From the NCBI GenBank assembly GCA_043811375.1, contig JBDRNJ010000057.1, positions 3,281 through 67,280 on the forward strand: a stretch of DNA of 64,000 bases, given 5' to 3'. The notes under the pieces are model-generated. The model was not told the DNA's origin. It saw only the letters and a program-made list of their open reading frames with translations, and made no database searches. Below, piece by piece: positions 1 to 11,488 of this stretch. The stretch comes from a bacterium (GTDB lineage Bacteria; Zixibacteria; MSB-5A5; GN15; FEB-12). How positions within the stretch are numbered: position 1 is the first letter of the stretch; every line of letters starts with the position of its first letter. Position numbers and translations under genes: made by a program.

Positions 1-521
1 ATATCGCCGATAAAGCCGGATATTATGATACGATTCAGCCCCGAAGCCAGTTGACCGCCATGCAGCCGTATGTCAATATCACCGATACCGGACGATATCT
101 CGATATTTTCCAGACTGACCCCGCGGCAATCGACAAACAAATCACCCAGAGCCTTGCTATACTTGATTCCCCTGCTGTGACTGTCGGTCTGCGGAGAAGC
201 CGGCTGTTGGTCACCCACGCCGCTTGATTTGCCGGCAGTTTCCTGGAAGCCACCCGGTCGGACCGTTTCGGTGCTCTGTTGTCGCTGCCGGTCGGTGGCG
301 GCGGTAGTTGCGGAAGAACCGGATTCCATCTGAACCCGGAGCCTGTCTTCTTGCTGCTTCTTGCGCACGATCATCCAGATTCCGGCAACAATAAAGGCCA
401 GCGGGAGGAGTATCCGCATTAGGTCGCCGATACCGAAATAAAACAGATCCAGCGAGCGACCCAGAAGGAGCACTCCAATCAGCACCAGCACCAAGCCAAA
501 AACTATTTTTCTGTGACCCAT
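1..521 (-). CDS. LiaF-like cell-envelope stress membrane protein (partial, runs off window start)
   Basis: Not in ORF track. Translated by eye from ATG at 521: MGHRKIVFGLVLVLIGVLLL... (two TM helices), a polar linker, then a beta-rich LGDLFVD..SSGIGDIDIRL..SGFIGD region typical of the LiaF/DUF2154 C-terminus. Confidence 0.7.
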   Translation of the reverse strand, partial: MGHRKIVFGLVLVLIGVLLLGRSLDLFYFGIGDLMRILLPLAFIVAGIWMIVRKKQQEDRLRVQMESGSSATTAATDRQRQQSTETVRPGGFQETAGKSSGVGDQQPASPQTDSHSRGIKYSKALGDLFVDCRGVSLENIEISSGIGDIDIRLHGGQLASGLNRIIISGFIGD

Positions 522-861
522 AATTTTTGTCGTCCGAACATAAATGCTCTTTTCTCAATACGTAATATGTCGACTTTGGTTGCCTCCGACAAGAGATTCC
601 TGGTCGAAATCCGGTCTAATTGATTGTGCGTCAACATAGAATGACTCCCCGACTGCCTCCGGCTGATGGGTTGCCCGGACACTGTCGGTTGTTTTTAGGA
701 CGAAAAAAATAATCGCCGAGAACCGACATCATCCTCGCCTGCCCTCTGTCCGGCATCGAAGTATCGTCGAGCCGATCTCTCATCTTGACAACGTTGGCCC
801 GGCCATCTTAATTCCACGAAGTTTTGACCGGTAATAACCTCAATTATACTCAGGAGGACCA

Positions 862-1764
862 ATGCCCAGATCATTGTGTCAGATAACCGATCTCTCAGCA
901 GAGGAGTTGGGAAAGGTTTTCGAACTTTGTTCCAAAATGAAAAAAGGGGAAATTGCACCGCGCCCGCTGGAGGGTAAGTCGGTCGCCTGCATTTTCACCA
1001 AGCCGTCATTGCGGACCCGGGTCTCGTTCGAAGTCGGTATCAACCAGTTGGGCGGCCATGCGGTCTATATTACCGACAACGAAATCAAGCTCGGTCAGCG
1101 GGAGAGCGTGGCCGACGCCGCACAGGTGCTGTCACGCTACCTGGGGTTGATCATGATTCGGACTTTCAAGCAGTCAGATGTCGAAGAGCTGGCCCGGTTT
1201 GCTTCGGTTCCGGTCGTAAACGGTTTGACTGATCTGGTCCATCCCTGCCAGATTCTGGGCGACTACTTTACCATGCTGGAGCACCTTCCCCGAAAGGATC
1301 GCTACACCGTGGCCTATGTTGGCGATGCCAACAATATCACCAACAGCTGGCTCAACTTAGCCTCGCTGATACCGCTGGACTTTCGGATCGGCACCCTCGC
1401 TGACTGTCGGGTTGATGAACAGATACTGGCCCGCGCCGAGGCCAATTCCGATAGTTCAGTAATGAAGACCGATGATCCTAAAGAAGCCGTTGCCAATGCC
1501 GATGTAGTCTATACGGATGTTTGGGCCTCTATGGGGCAAAAGCATCTGGCAGAAGAAAAGGCAAATAAGCTGAAGAAATATCAATTGAACAGGACGCTAC
1601 TGGCCGCAGCCAGTCCTAACGCTATTGTGATGCACTGTTTACCTGCCGAGAGGGGTCGTGAGATTACCGATGCCGTCATGGACGGCCCGCAATCTGTCGT
1701 CTTCGATCAGGCAGAAAACAGACTGCACATCCAGAAGGCGATCATGACATTCCTCCTGCAGTGA
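862..1764 (+). CDS. argF: ornithine carbamoyltransferase
   Basis: SLRTR carbamoyl-phosphate motif, HPCQ, SMG, HCLP and QAENR motifs; AGGAGG RBS. Confidence 0.95.
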   Translation: MPRSLCQITDLSAEELGKVFELCSKMKKGEIAPRPLEGKSVACIFTKPSLRTRVSFEVGINQLGGHAVYITDNEIKLGQRESVADAAQVLSRYLGLIMIRTFKQSDVEELARFASVPVVNGLTDLVHPCQILGDYFTMLEHLPRKDRYTVAYVGDANNITNSWLNLASLIPLDFRIGTLADCRVDEQILARAEANSDSSVMKTDDPKEAVANADVVYTDVWASMGQKHLAEEKANKLKKYQLNRTLLAAASPNAIVMHCLPAERGREITDAVMDGPQSVVFDQAENRLHIQKAIMTFLLQ

Positions 1765-1824
1765 GGATTGAGTGAAGGGACCGGCAGCCCGGCAGCGGCT
1801 GTGATTCAGGAAAGGAGATCCATA

Positions 1825-2685
1825 ATGCGCTGGGATAAGGTTGCTTTTGCTCTGGCTGGTTCGCTCCTGGTCGGCTTGCTGGTTTTCTTTGCCGGCTGCG
1901 GTTCCGATGACAACACTACTACCGGCAGCTCCGTTGATTACAACAATCCGGAGTTCTTGCTGGTCCAGCAGAAAGTTAACGATTTTGTTGACTCCACTCT
2001 CAACAACCTCGAGAGCGGACTGGAGAACATTTATCAACTGGCTACGGATACTACTATCGACCCCGTTCAGTATGGTTCTCACCCGCCTGACTACGACTCC
2101 ACCAGGGACAGCGCCAGCGCCACATACGCTGACGGCTGGCACGTAGTCTATTTTGCTATCCACCGTAACGAGTACGATGCCCACCTGAGGGATTCCATTC
2201 GTTTTGTCAAAGCTGGTGTCCCGCAACAGGTGGCCAGCGGCCTGGACAGCTTGTTGTACAAACGTTTCTGGAGCTACGACGAGACCGATACCACCGTCAC
2301 CTGCCTTTCGTGCCTGGGTAATGCCGGATACTATTTCGGCGGGCTGGATACCGACCAGGCCACGATTTCGGGAAGCGACAGCTGGCAGGTACACTCCAAA
2401 TTCGTTTCACCGGATTCCACCGTCTGGCGTGATATCAGTTTGAACGCCACTGCTGCCGATATCAAGGTCAACAAGTCTATGATCGGCTGGGATCAGGGTT
2501 GCCCGGTAAGAGGCTCAATTTCTGCATCGATACAAATGATCTACCAGAAGGATTCTGCCGTGCCCGATACGTCCAACTGGACTATTGATCTGGGGTTTGT
2601 CGGCGGCAGTATGTCGGCGATCGTTAACGATGGTTCCTGTGTCTGGACGTATAATACCCAGTTGTGTTCACCGCCGACAAACTGA
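1825..2685 (+). CDS. hypothetical lipoprotein
   Basis: AAGGAG RBS before ATG 1825; signal peptide with FAGC lipobox; beta-rich mature part. Confidence 0.75.
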   Translation: MRWDKVAFALAGSLLVGLLVFFAGCGSDDNTTTGSSVDYNNPEFLLVQQKVNDFVDSTLNNLESGLENIYQLATDTTIDPVQYGSHPPDYDSTRDSASATYADGWHVVYFAIHRNEYDAHLRDSIRFVKAGVPQQVASGLDSLLYKRFWSYDETDTTVTCLSCLGNAGYYFGGLDTDQATISGSDSWQVHSKFVSPDSTVWRDISLNATAADIKVNKSMIGWDQGCPVRGSISASIQMIYQKDSAVPDTSNWTIDLGFVGGSMSAIVNDGSCVWTYNTQLCSPPTN

Positions 2686-2708
2686 TTTCAGAATACACAC
2701 AGCTTCTT

Positions 2709-2739
2709 AAAAGACCCGGTAATTACCGGGTCTTTTTTT
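2709..2739 (+). terminator. intrinsic terminator
   Basis: AAAAGACCCGGT-AATT-ACCGGGTCTTTT hairpin plus T-run after the lipoprotein gene. Confidence 0.85.
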
Positions 2740-2930
2740 GTTCTATCTCAGTTATTGCCTCTTGCGGCTGTTTTGGCAGTTCTGTTCATCCGGTTACAGT
2801 ATTATTGAAACCAGATTGCCGGAAATTGCCGGGTACACCCCATAACATCCATTAACCGCCTGCTATTCAATCAATTAAAAAGGTGCGACTACTCTAACCG
2901 AGCGGCACCGGGCTTGCTTTGTCTGTTGGT

Positions 2931-3443
2931 ATGAAAAAACCTGATTGGCCGATTAAGGGTTACACGGCTGCTTTTCACAATCATTCTATCGACCTCGCCC
3001 TTGAGCACAGGGGGTTTACTAAGGGAATGATTGTCTTTGCAGTGCCGGATTTCGGAGTGCTATTCCGGTGTCGGGCGCAGGGTTCGGTAATAGACCTGGA
3101 GTTTGGAGCCTTTTTTGCCCTGCTGAGATTCGTCAAAACCCGCTTCTCTGATGTCAATGTTGGGCCCCTGCAAGTATTTTCCTCCAACCCGGAGTTTGTT
3201 TTTTCATTTACGGGCAAATCCCGCCATCTGACACAGCAGGACGAGCGGGTACGTTTGCTGGCCGAATACAGCAAGCATTTCAAGCTCTCGGTGGTGTTTG
3301 TGGAAGCGATCGAGAACAAGGCACTGGTGTCTCCGGCTGATTACCCGTCGCTGCCGCGTGGTGCTGAGATTAATCTTAGACCCACCAAAGAAGACTTTGA
3401 AAAGAGCGCTTTCCGTCCTTTCCAGAAGGGGCTGGTACTTTAA
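2931..3443 (+). CDS. hypothetical protein, possibly degenerate RNase H-like fold
   Basis: DLEFGAFFALLRF...LQVFSSNPEFV resembles the RNase HI helix A (AEYxALIxGL) and the following VxSDSxLVV strand, without the acidic residues. Confidence 0.5.
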   Translation: MKKPDWPIKGYTAAFHNHSIDLALEHRGFTKGMIVFAVPDFGVLFRCRAQGSVIDLEFGAFFALLRFVKTRFSDVNVGPLQVFSSNPEFVFSFTGKSRHLTQQDERVRLLAEYSKHFKLSVVFVEAIENKALVSPADYPSLPRGAEINLRPTKEDFEKSAFRPFQKGLVL

Positions 3444-3611
3444 CCTGCCTGACCCCCTTGAAAGAGATGATATTCCCACATATCCGGTTATGGTGGTATT
3501 GCTGTTAACGTAAAGTTATTACGCGCGGTCAGGAATCCTTTCCTGACAGTACCATGTGCAAGCCGTCACGAATGGATTCGCGACGGTGTAAGAAAAACAC
3601 ACGTCAGATAA

Positions 3612-3684
3612 CACCCCCGACTTCGTCGCTCACCCCGACTTTGTCGCTCACCCCGACTTTGTCGGTTCACCCCGACTTTGTCGG
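3612..3684. repeat. four tandem 17-19 bp repeats, CACCCCGACTTTGTCG(C/G)T
   Basis: Units at 3612, 3631, 3649 and 3668; each has a CGAC-TT(T/C)-GTCG mini-palindrome; lies between convergent genes. Confidence 0.9.
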
Positions 3685-3743
3685 CGGCGAGACCTAACTA
3701 AACATTACTATGACACAACATCCGGGGAGGCTTCCTGCTGCCG

Positions 3744-5056
3744 CTAAACCTCAAAGACCACTCGTCCGCCAAGGATAGTACGGAACACTTTACCGGACAG
3801 TTTCATGCCGATAAAGGCTGAGTTCCGCGACCGGGAGTGGAAGCGATCGGCACGAACATTCCAACTATGATCGGGGTCGACAATAGTGATATCGGCCGGG
3901 GCACCAACAGCAAGTGTCCCACCCGGAAGGTTGAGAATGCGTGCCGGGTTGACGGTCATTTTCTTGACGGCGTCGGCCCAGTTCAGGTACCCGCGATCAA
4001 CGATGAATTTCTTGATCAGGCCCAGCGTGGTTTCAAGTCCGATGGTGCCGGGAGGAGCCCGGTCGAACTCGCAGTCCTTTTCTTCGGCAGAGTGCGGAGC
4101 ATGGTCGGAGGCGATACAGTCAATGGTGCCGTCCACCAGCCCTTCGATCAGGGCTTCCTGGTCTTCCCTGGTTCGGAGAGGTGGATTCACTCTCAGGTTG
4201 GTGTTAAACGCCTTACCGATTTCTTCGTCGGTAAGAACCAGGTGGTGCGGGGTAACTTCAGCGGTTATCCGGACACCTTCCTGCTTGGCCTGGCGGATAG
4301 CGGCCACCGCCCCCCGGGTGGAGATGTGCTGGAAGTGAAGGCGAGCGCCGGTTATTCGGCAAAGCGTAATGTCACGCAGGACGGCGATCTCCTCGGCCAC
4401 TGCCGGGGCGCCTTTCAAACCCAGCCGGGTAGACTGGTAGGATTCATTCATCACTGCTCCGGCGCATAGATACTGATCTTCGGCGTGCTGCATCACCGGG
4501 ATGTCAAACATCCGCGAGTACTCCAGTGCCCGGCGCATGATCTCGGGGTTTTGCACGTAGTTGCCGTCGTCGGTTATGGCTACCGCGCCCATCTTGACCA
4601 GGTCGCCGATTTCGGCCAGTTCCTTACCGGCAATATCCTTGGTGATGGCACCGACGACATAGACGTGTGCATCGGCATCCTGGCCGCGGTCCTGCACAAA
4701 CTTGACAGTTTCCTGGTTGTCGATCCGGGGGGTGGTGTTGGGCATACAGCAGACGGATGTAAACCCGCCGGCCGCTGCCGCCCGGCAACCGGAGGCGACG
4801 GTTTCTTCATCTTCGCGGCCGGGTTCCCGCAGGTGTACGTGCATGTCAATCAGCCCGGGGATCACGATTTTCCCGGTGGCATCGATTATCAGTGAGGCAT
4901 CGATCCCGGCCGGTTTCTTGCGGCCGGTTTTGGGTTGGGCGGTAATCTCGGCGATAACGCCGTTTTTGATAAAGACGTCAGCATCGATACCGAATCCCAG
5001 GGCCGGATCAATGACATGACCGCCCCTGACTACCAGTTGCAGTCGGCTATCGTCCG

Positions 5057-5060
<4 letters not shown>
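3744..5060 (-). CDS. pyrC: dihydroorotase
   Basis: DMHVHLREPG, VNPPLR and IASDHAPH motifs; follows pyrB. Confidence 0.95.
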
Positions 5061-6686
<1,626 letters not shown>

Positions 6687-6800
6687 TAGCCGGTTTGTCA
6701 CCTGTCGGCGAGTGACGATGATTTCACCGGTGGCCTACTGAGGGACAATGATAGTCGATCTGAACCGATAGTCAAGTACTATCGGGCCGAAAAGAGTTCT

Positions 6801-8309
6801 CTACGTCACCATATTCAGGTGGTGATCCGAAGGAGGTGACACTACTCCGACCCAGGTTTTATCACAGAAAAACTCGTCCGTCGATAGCCGGCTCCACCGA
6901 GAGTCATTGGTCAGAATGATCACTTTGTCGGTTAATAACTTAATGATATCACCATCGTGGGAAATAATAATCAGCCCGACTCCCCGCTCTTTGAGAACCC
7001 GCCCCAGCCTGATGAAGCGGCCTACTCCCTCCTGGTCCAGAGCGCAGGTCGGTTCATCGAAAACCACCACCCGGGGAAACATCGAAAGCACCGCCGCAAA
7101 GGCCAGCCGCCGTTTTTCACCTCCCGAAAGGATGAAGGGGTCTTTCCCTCGGAAGGCTGTCGGTTGCAGGCCAACCATGGCTAACAGGGCATCGACATGA
7201 GTCTGGTCGACCTGTTGATGCAGGTTTTTGGGTCCGAAGGCAACTTCCTCTGAACAAGACGGCAGAAAGAACTGCCGCTCCGGTTGCTGAAAAACCGCTG
7301 ACACCTGACCGATAGTCTGCTCCGGAGGTATCGGTTGCCGGTGGTCGTCGATGTATTCAATCGAACCGGAGTCAGGCTTGAGCAACCCACACAACAGTAA
7401 TCCCAGGCTGCTCTTGCCGGAACCGGACGGTCCCACCAGACCGATTGCCTCTCCCGCCTGAAGGTCGAAGCTGATGTTCCTCAACACATCGGACGCTGCG
7501 CCCGGATAGCGCAAACAGACCCGGCGCAGCACCAGCCCGGACAGGATTACCGGCGGTTCGGCCTGTGGGTGAGACAGTTGGGGGGGGATGGCTATCTGAC
7601 GGTGGTCGTTCAATGAAAACAAAAGCCCGGTCCTCAGGCAGAGGTCCAGGTCCCGGAATATCTCATCAGGTACCCCATCGGCTGCAATAGTTCCGGCATC
7701 GAGGACAACCAGGCGGCGATAACGTCGGGCCATAGAGGGGTATTGAGTAATGTGAATCTGGATCATAGAACGGTTTTCCGTCCGCAGCTTCTTAAGCTCT
7801 CTTTCCAGGTCGGCTTTTCCGCTCTCATCGAGGAATGAATCCGGCTCATCCAGTACCAGCACCGGCGGTCGGCAGACCATAACTCCGGCCAGAGCCACCC
7901 GCTGTTTTTCACCGCCGGACAATTCACCGGTCAGTCGCGTTCGCAGGTGTGAGATTGAGAATCTTTCGAGTGTTTCGTCGACCAGTTGTTCCATTTCGGG
8001 TGGCGGTACTCCGAGATTCTCCAGCGCAAAGGCGATTTCCTTCTCGACGGTAACCGAAACTATCTGGTTGTCGGGATTTTGAAAGAGAATGCCCACCGGC
8101 AGCGGCGAACGGCTGTCGACATCGATCTTCAGACGCCCCTGCCTGACTTCCAGCAGCCCGGCAATTATCCGGGCCAGGGTGGATTTGCCGGAACCGTTGG
8201 CGCCCATGATGCAGACCGACTCGCCGTCCCTGATCTCCAGACTCAGGTTGCGCAGCACCGGGGGGCCATCGTCCCGATAACGGCAGGTGACCTCTTCAAA
8301 GCGTATCAT
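6801..8309 (-). CDS. energy-coupling factor transporter ATPase (fused A/A' domains)
   Basis: Two Walker A motifs (GANGSGKS, GPSGSGKS), FQNPDNQ and FQQPERQ Q-loops, two LSGGEK signatures. Confidence 0.88.
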   Translation of the reverse strand: MIRFEEVTCRYRDDGPPVLRNLSLEIRDGESVCIMGANGSGKSTLARIIAGLLEVRQGRLKIDVDSRSPLPVGILFQNPDNQIVSVTVEKEIAFALENLGVPPPEMEQLVDETLERFSISHLRTRLTGELSGGEKQRVALAGVMVCRPPVLVLDEPDSFLDESGKADLERELKKLRTENRSMIQIHITQYPSMARRYRRLVVLDAGTIAADGVPDEIFRDLDLCLRTGLLFSLNDHRQIAIPPQLSHPQAEPPVILSGLVLRRVCLRYPGAASDVLRNISFDLQAGEAIGLVGPSGSGKSSLGLLLCGLLKPDSGSIEYIDDHRQPIPPEQTIGQVSAVFQQPERQFFLPSCSEEVAFGPKNLHQQVDQTHVDALLAMVGLQPTAFRGKDPFILSGGEKRRLAFAAVLSMFPRVVVFDEPTCALDQEGVGRFIRLGRVLKERGVGLIIISHDGDIIKLLTDKVIILTNDSRWSRLSTDEFFCDKTWVGVVSPPSDHHLNMVT

Positions 8310-8376
8310 ACAACAGAAAACAGCCCCCCCCAGCAACAGGGCAGGGGTGTCGGTAGTAAACCATCAGGATTATCGC

Positions 8377-9825
8377 TTAATCCACGCAGTTGACATCGAG
8401 TTTCCGGGCCGCCCCGACCTCGTCCAGTCGGCGCACCGGTGTGTCGTGCGGAGCGGTAGTGACTGTCTCAGGATCAGTGATGGCTTCCTGCGCGATCTGT
8501 TTCATCACCGAGGCAAAGTAGTCGAGTGTTTCCTTGCTTTCGGTTTCGGTCGGCTCGATCATCAGCGCTTCCGGAACGATAAGCGGGAAGTAATTGGTGG
8601 GCGGATGCATGTCAAAATCAAGCAGGCGTTTGGCGATGTCCAGGGCGCGGACGCCCTGTTTTTTCTGCCGCGATGCCGAAATGACAAACTCGTGCATGCA
8701 GGGGATGTCATAAGGCAGTTCGTAATCCCGGCGCAGCAGTTCTTTGAGATAGTTGGCATTCAGGACGGCGTGTTCCGAGGCTCGCCTCAGACCGGCTCCG
8801 CCCAGTGTCCTGATATAAACCCAGGCGCGCACTAAGTTGGCGAAATTGCCGTAGAAACTGTGCAACCGCCCGATGGAATGAGGGCGATCATAGTTGAAGT
8901 ACAGTTTTCCGTCGTTGTCCTCCTGCAGCAACGGCAACGGCAGGAATTTGTCCAATTCAGCGGTGACACCTAGAGCTCCGGCGCCCGGCCCGCCGCCACC
9001 GTGTGGGGTGGAGAATGTTTTGTGCAGATTGAAGTGCATGATGTCGAAACCGACGTCCCCGGGTCGAAAAATACCCATGTTGGCGTTGAGGTTGGCGCCG
9101 TCCATATAAAGCAGGCCGCCCCGCTGGTGCACGATGTCCGCAATTTCTTTGACGTGGGTTTCAAACAGGCCCAGGGTGTTGGGGTTGGTCATCATGATGC
9201 CGGCGACGTCTTCATCCATGACCTCGGCCACCGCCGATGGTGAAATAACGCCCTGCTCGTTGGAAGCGATCTGGATAGTGCTGAAACCTACCGACGCTAC
9301 CGATGCCGGGTTGGTGCCATGGGCCGAATCGGGGATAATGATATTACTCCGCGGTTGACCCCGGTCAATGTGACAGGCCCTCATGATCAGCAAACCGGCA
9401 AACTCGCCGTGGGCGCCGGCTACCGGTTGCAGTGAGATACCGGCAAAGCCTGAAATTTCCGACAGGAACTCCTGTAGTTCCCACATCAATTGCAGCAACC
9501 CCGGAGCCGAGCTGCATGGCGCCAGCGGGTGGTGACTGCGAAAGCCCGCCAGTGCCGCCGCGGCCTCGTTGGCCCGGGGGTTGTACTTCATGGTGCACGA
9601 CCCTAGCGGATAGAAACCCTTATCTATGTGATGGTTCTTGACCGACAACCCGATGAAGTGACGCATCGCTTCACCTTCCGTCACTTCCGGTAGCGCCGCC
9701 GGCTGCGAGCGCCGGTGTACCGCCGGAATAGCCGCCAGTATCTCCGATTCAGTTTTCATCGTTGACGGCAGTGTGTACCCGGTGCGACCACTTACCGACT
9801 TGTCGTATATCAATATCTTCTGCAT
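8377..9825 (-). CDS. gcvPB: glycine dehydrogenase (decarboxylating) subunit 2
   Basis: PLGSCTMKYNP, SAHGTNPAS and NLHKTFSTPHGGGGPG motifs. Confidence 0.96.
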   Translation of the reverse strand: MQKILIYDKSVSGRTGYTLPSTMKTESEILAAIPAVHRRSQPAALPEVTEGEAMRHFIGLSVKNHHIDKGFYPLGSCTMKYNPRANEAAAALAGFRSHHPLAPCSSAPGLLQLMWELQEFLSEISGFAGISLQPVAGAHGEFAGLLIMRACHIDRGQPRSNIIIPDSAHGTNPASVASVGFSTIQIASNEQGVISPSAVAEVMDEDVAGIMMTNPNTLGLFETHVKEIADIVHQRGGLLYMDGANLNANMGIFRPGDVGFDIMHFNLHKTFSTPHGGGGPGAGALGVTAELDKFLPLPLLQEDNDGKLYFNYDRPHSIGRLHSFYGNFANLVRAWVYIRTLGGAGLRRASEHAVLNANYLKELLRRDYELPYDIPCMHEFVISASRQKKQGVRALDIAKRLLDFDMHPPTNYFPLIVPEALMIEPTETESKETLDYFASVMKQIAQEAITDPETVTTAPHDTPVRRLDEVGAARKLDVNCVD

Positions 9826-9859
9826 TTCGTGCCTTGTTGCTGCCGGTGACGGCGACCGG

Positions 9860-10723
9860 CTACTTCTCCGCCTCGATTTCTCCCTTTAGTCCGGCTATCT
9901 GTTTCTGAGCGTACTCGACGTCTTCGGATTCAGGGTAGTGCTTTACGAACTGCTCGAAGGTCTCGATGGCCGCAGCGGTATCTCCCATCTGGCGGTAGAC
10001 TATAGCTTTCCAGACTTCGGCGTTTTCAGCAAACATGGAGCCCTCAAAATCAGTCATGACGGTAGTGAAAGTCTTAAGGGCGGCATCGTACTCTTTGTTG
10101 CGACGATGCACATCGGCTATGGCCAGAAGGCATTCACCGGACAGTGAATCATGTGGGTCACCGGCAGAAATAACTTTGTTATACCAGGCCGTCGCCTTCT
10201 CGGTGCCGCCGCGGTAGTGATACTTCTCTGCTATCCGGTATGCCAGAGAGCGATCATTGTTGGTCTCAGCCTGAGCCAGCAAGTCGACCAGAGTACCGAT
10301 CCCGTTCTTGTAATTGGTCAGTTCAATCAGCAGTGAATCGGGCGGCATATAACCGACCACCCGATCTACCTCGGCGCCCTGCGGATCAACCAGAACCAGT
10401 GTGGGGTAGCCCATGATATGGTAGGCGGCGGCCAGGGAGGTGTCCTGTTTGCCGTCTATTTTGGCCATAACCATTTCATTGGTGAAGAAGTCAATGACTT
10501 TCTGATCAGTCAACACGACCGTGTTGATCGTATCACACCACCTTCACGTCGGCGAATAAAAGTAGACTACGGCGTGCCGGTCATCGGCGGCCGCCTTGCT
10601 GATGGCCAGATTGGCGTCAGTTACGTATGGTGCCCTGGCGATGTCGTCCGTTACCCCGGCAGTAATTGTGACGGTAGCCGTCAGTACTACCACCATCATG
10701 ACAATAAGATGAACTTTGCTCAT
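9860..10723 (-). CDS. exported thioredoxin-fold selenoprotein (UxxC) with C-terminal TPR repeats
   Basis: From ATG 10723: signal peptide, then VVYFYSPT-TGA(codon 60)-RWC, in frame with the 9860..10516 ORF (GYPT cis-Pro motif, TPRs); SECIS-like hairpin follows. Confidence 0.88.
10510..10527 (-). promoter_or_regulatory. bacterial SECIS element
   Basis: mRNA UCAACAC-GGUC-GUGUUGA stem-loop starting 16 nt after the in-frame UGA at 10546-10544. Confidence 0.8.
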
Positions 10724-10747
10724 AACTGTTCCCTGTATACGTATTTT

Positions 10748-11140
10748 TTATAGTCCGTTACTTTCTTCCGGTTGAATCAACTCGTCACCCAGGACGGCTT
10801 CGAGAATCAATGCCGCCGCTTCGCGGTACTCACGGGGCACCATGATGATATTCCCGCCACCCGAGAGAGCGGCCAGGCCCAAATGATTATCGATTCCGCG
10901 GCCATAGGCGGAGAAACTCGAGGAGAGTATTACCGACGGGATATTGTTTGAGTCCAGCGAACCGCGTGCGATGTCGGACTTCATGTCACCGGCGACCTGA
11001 CCCACTATTGCCCATGAATCGTCCGGTGTCATCGCGGCAGTACCGGTTTCGGGAAGCCGGTCGACGAGTTCTTCGTCGCAGTCGGGGCAAACCCTGATGC
11101 CCGTTTCATATTCATATCGACAGGCGGGACAGAAGGACAC
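10748..11140 (-). CDS. zinc-ribbon + DUF2007-like (PII-like) protein
   Basis: CPAC...CPDC ribbon; IARGSLDSNNIP...IMVPRE pattern. Confidence 0.75.
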   Translation of the reverse strand: MSFCPACRYEYETGIRVCPDCDEELVDRLPETGTAAMTPDDSWAIVGQVAGDMKSDIARGSLDSNNIPSVILSSSFSAYGRGIDNHLGLAALSGGGNIIMVPREYREAAALILEAVLGDELIQPEESNGL

Positions 11141-11488
11141 TCAGTTTTCCTTTCTTCGCCACTTATCACCCACGGTCATATCCAGCACTTCGCAGGCTTC
11201 TTCGTGGAGGGCAGCCGGCACCAGTATTTCAAAAGGTGCTTCATCACCCCGGTAAAATGGCCGCAGCGGTAAACCGATATTGCCGAAAAAGCCGTTTTTG
11301 CATCGAAGCATCGCCGGGATGTTTGAGGAGACCAAGGCTTCGCGGGCCATGTCGGCGAATACTTTGTTTTCCAGTGTACCCAGCACGATCCACTCGTCTG
11401 TCGCAGCGTCGGGCAGTTTGTAGCCGCAGATGCAGCATTCACCGGAATCCCCCGGCAACTCATGTTTGCATTTGGGACAGAGTGCCAC
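11141..11488 (-). CDS. zinc-ribbon + DUF2007-like protein (paralog of neighbour)
   Basis: CPKC...CICG; MAREALVSSNIP...EILVP; overlaps the gcvPA end. Confidence 0.72.
   Translation of the reverse strand: MALCPKCKHELPGDSGECCICGYKLPDAATDEWIVLGTLENKVFADMAREALVSSNIPAMLRCKNGFFGNIGLPLRPFYRGDEAPFEILVPAALHEEACEVLDMTVGDKWRRKEN

Noticed and set aside
211-558. 115-aa minus-strand ORF in the track
   Set aside because: An alternative frame starting at 521 gives a coherent LiaF-like membrane protein
3612-3684. Possible CRISPR array
   Set aside because: Units are contiguous 17-19-mers with no spacers, and there are no cas genes
10544-10546. TGA interpreted as a pseudogene stop or alternative genetic code
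   Set aside because: It aligns with the redox Cys position and has a SECIS-like hairpin; TGA is a normal stop elsewhere (argF, pyrB)
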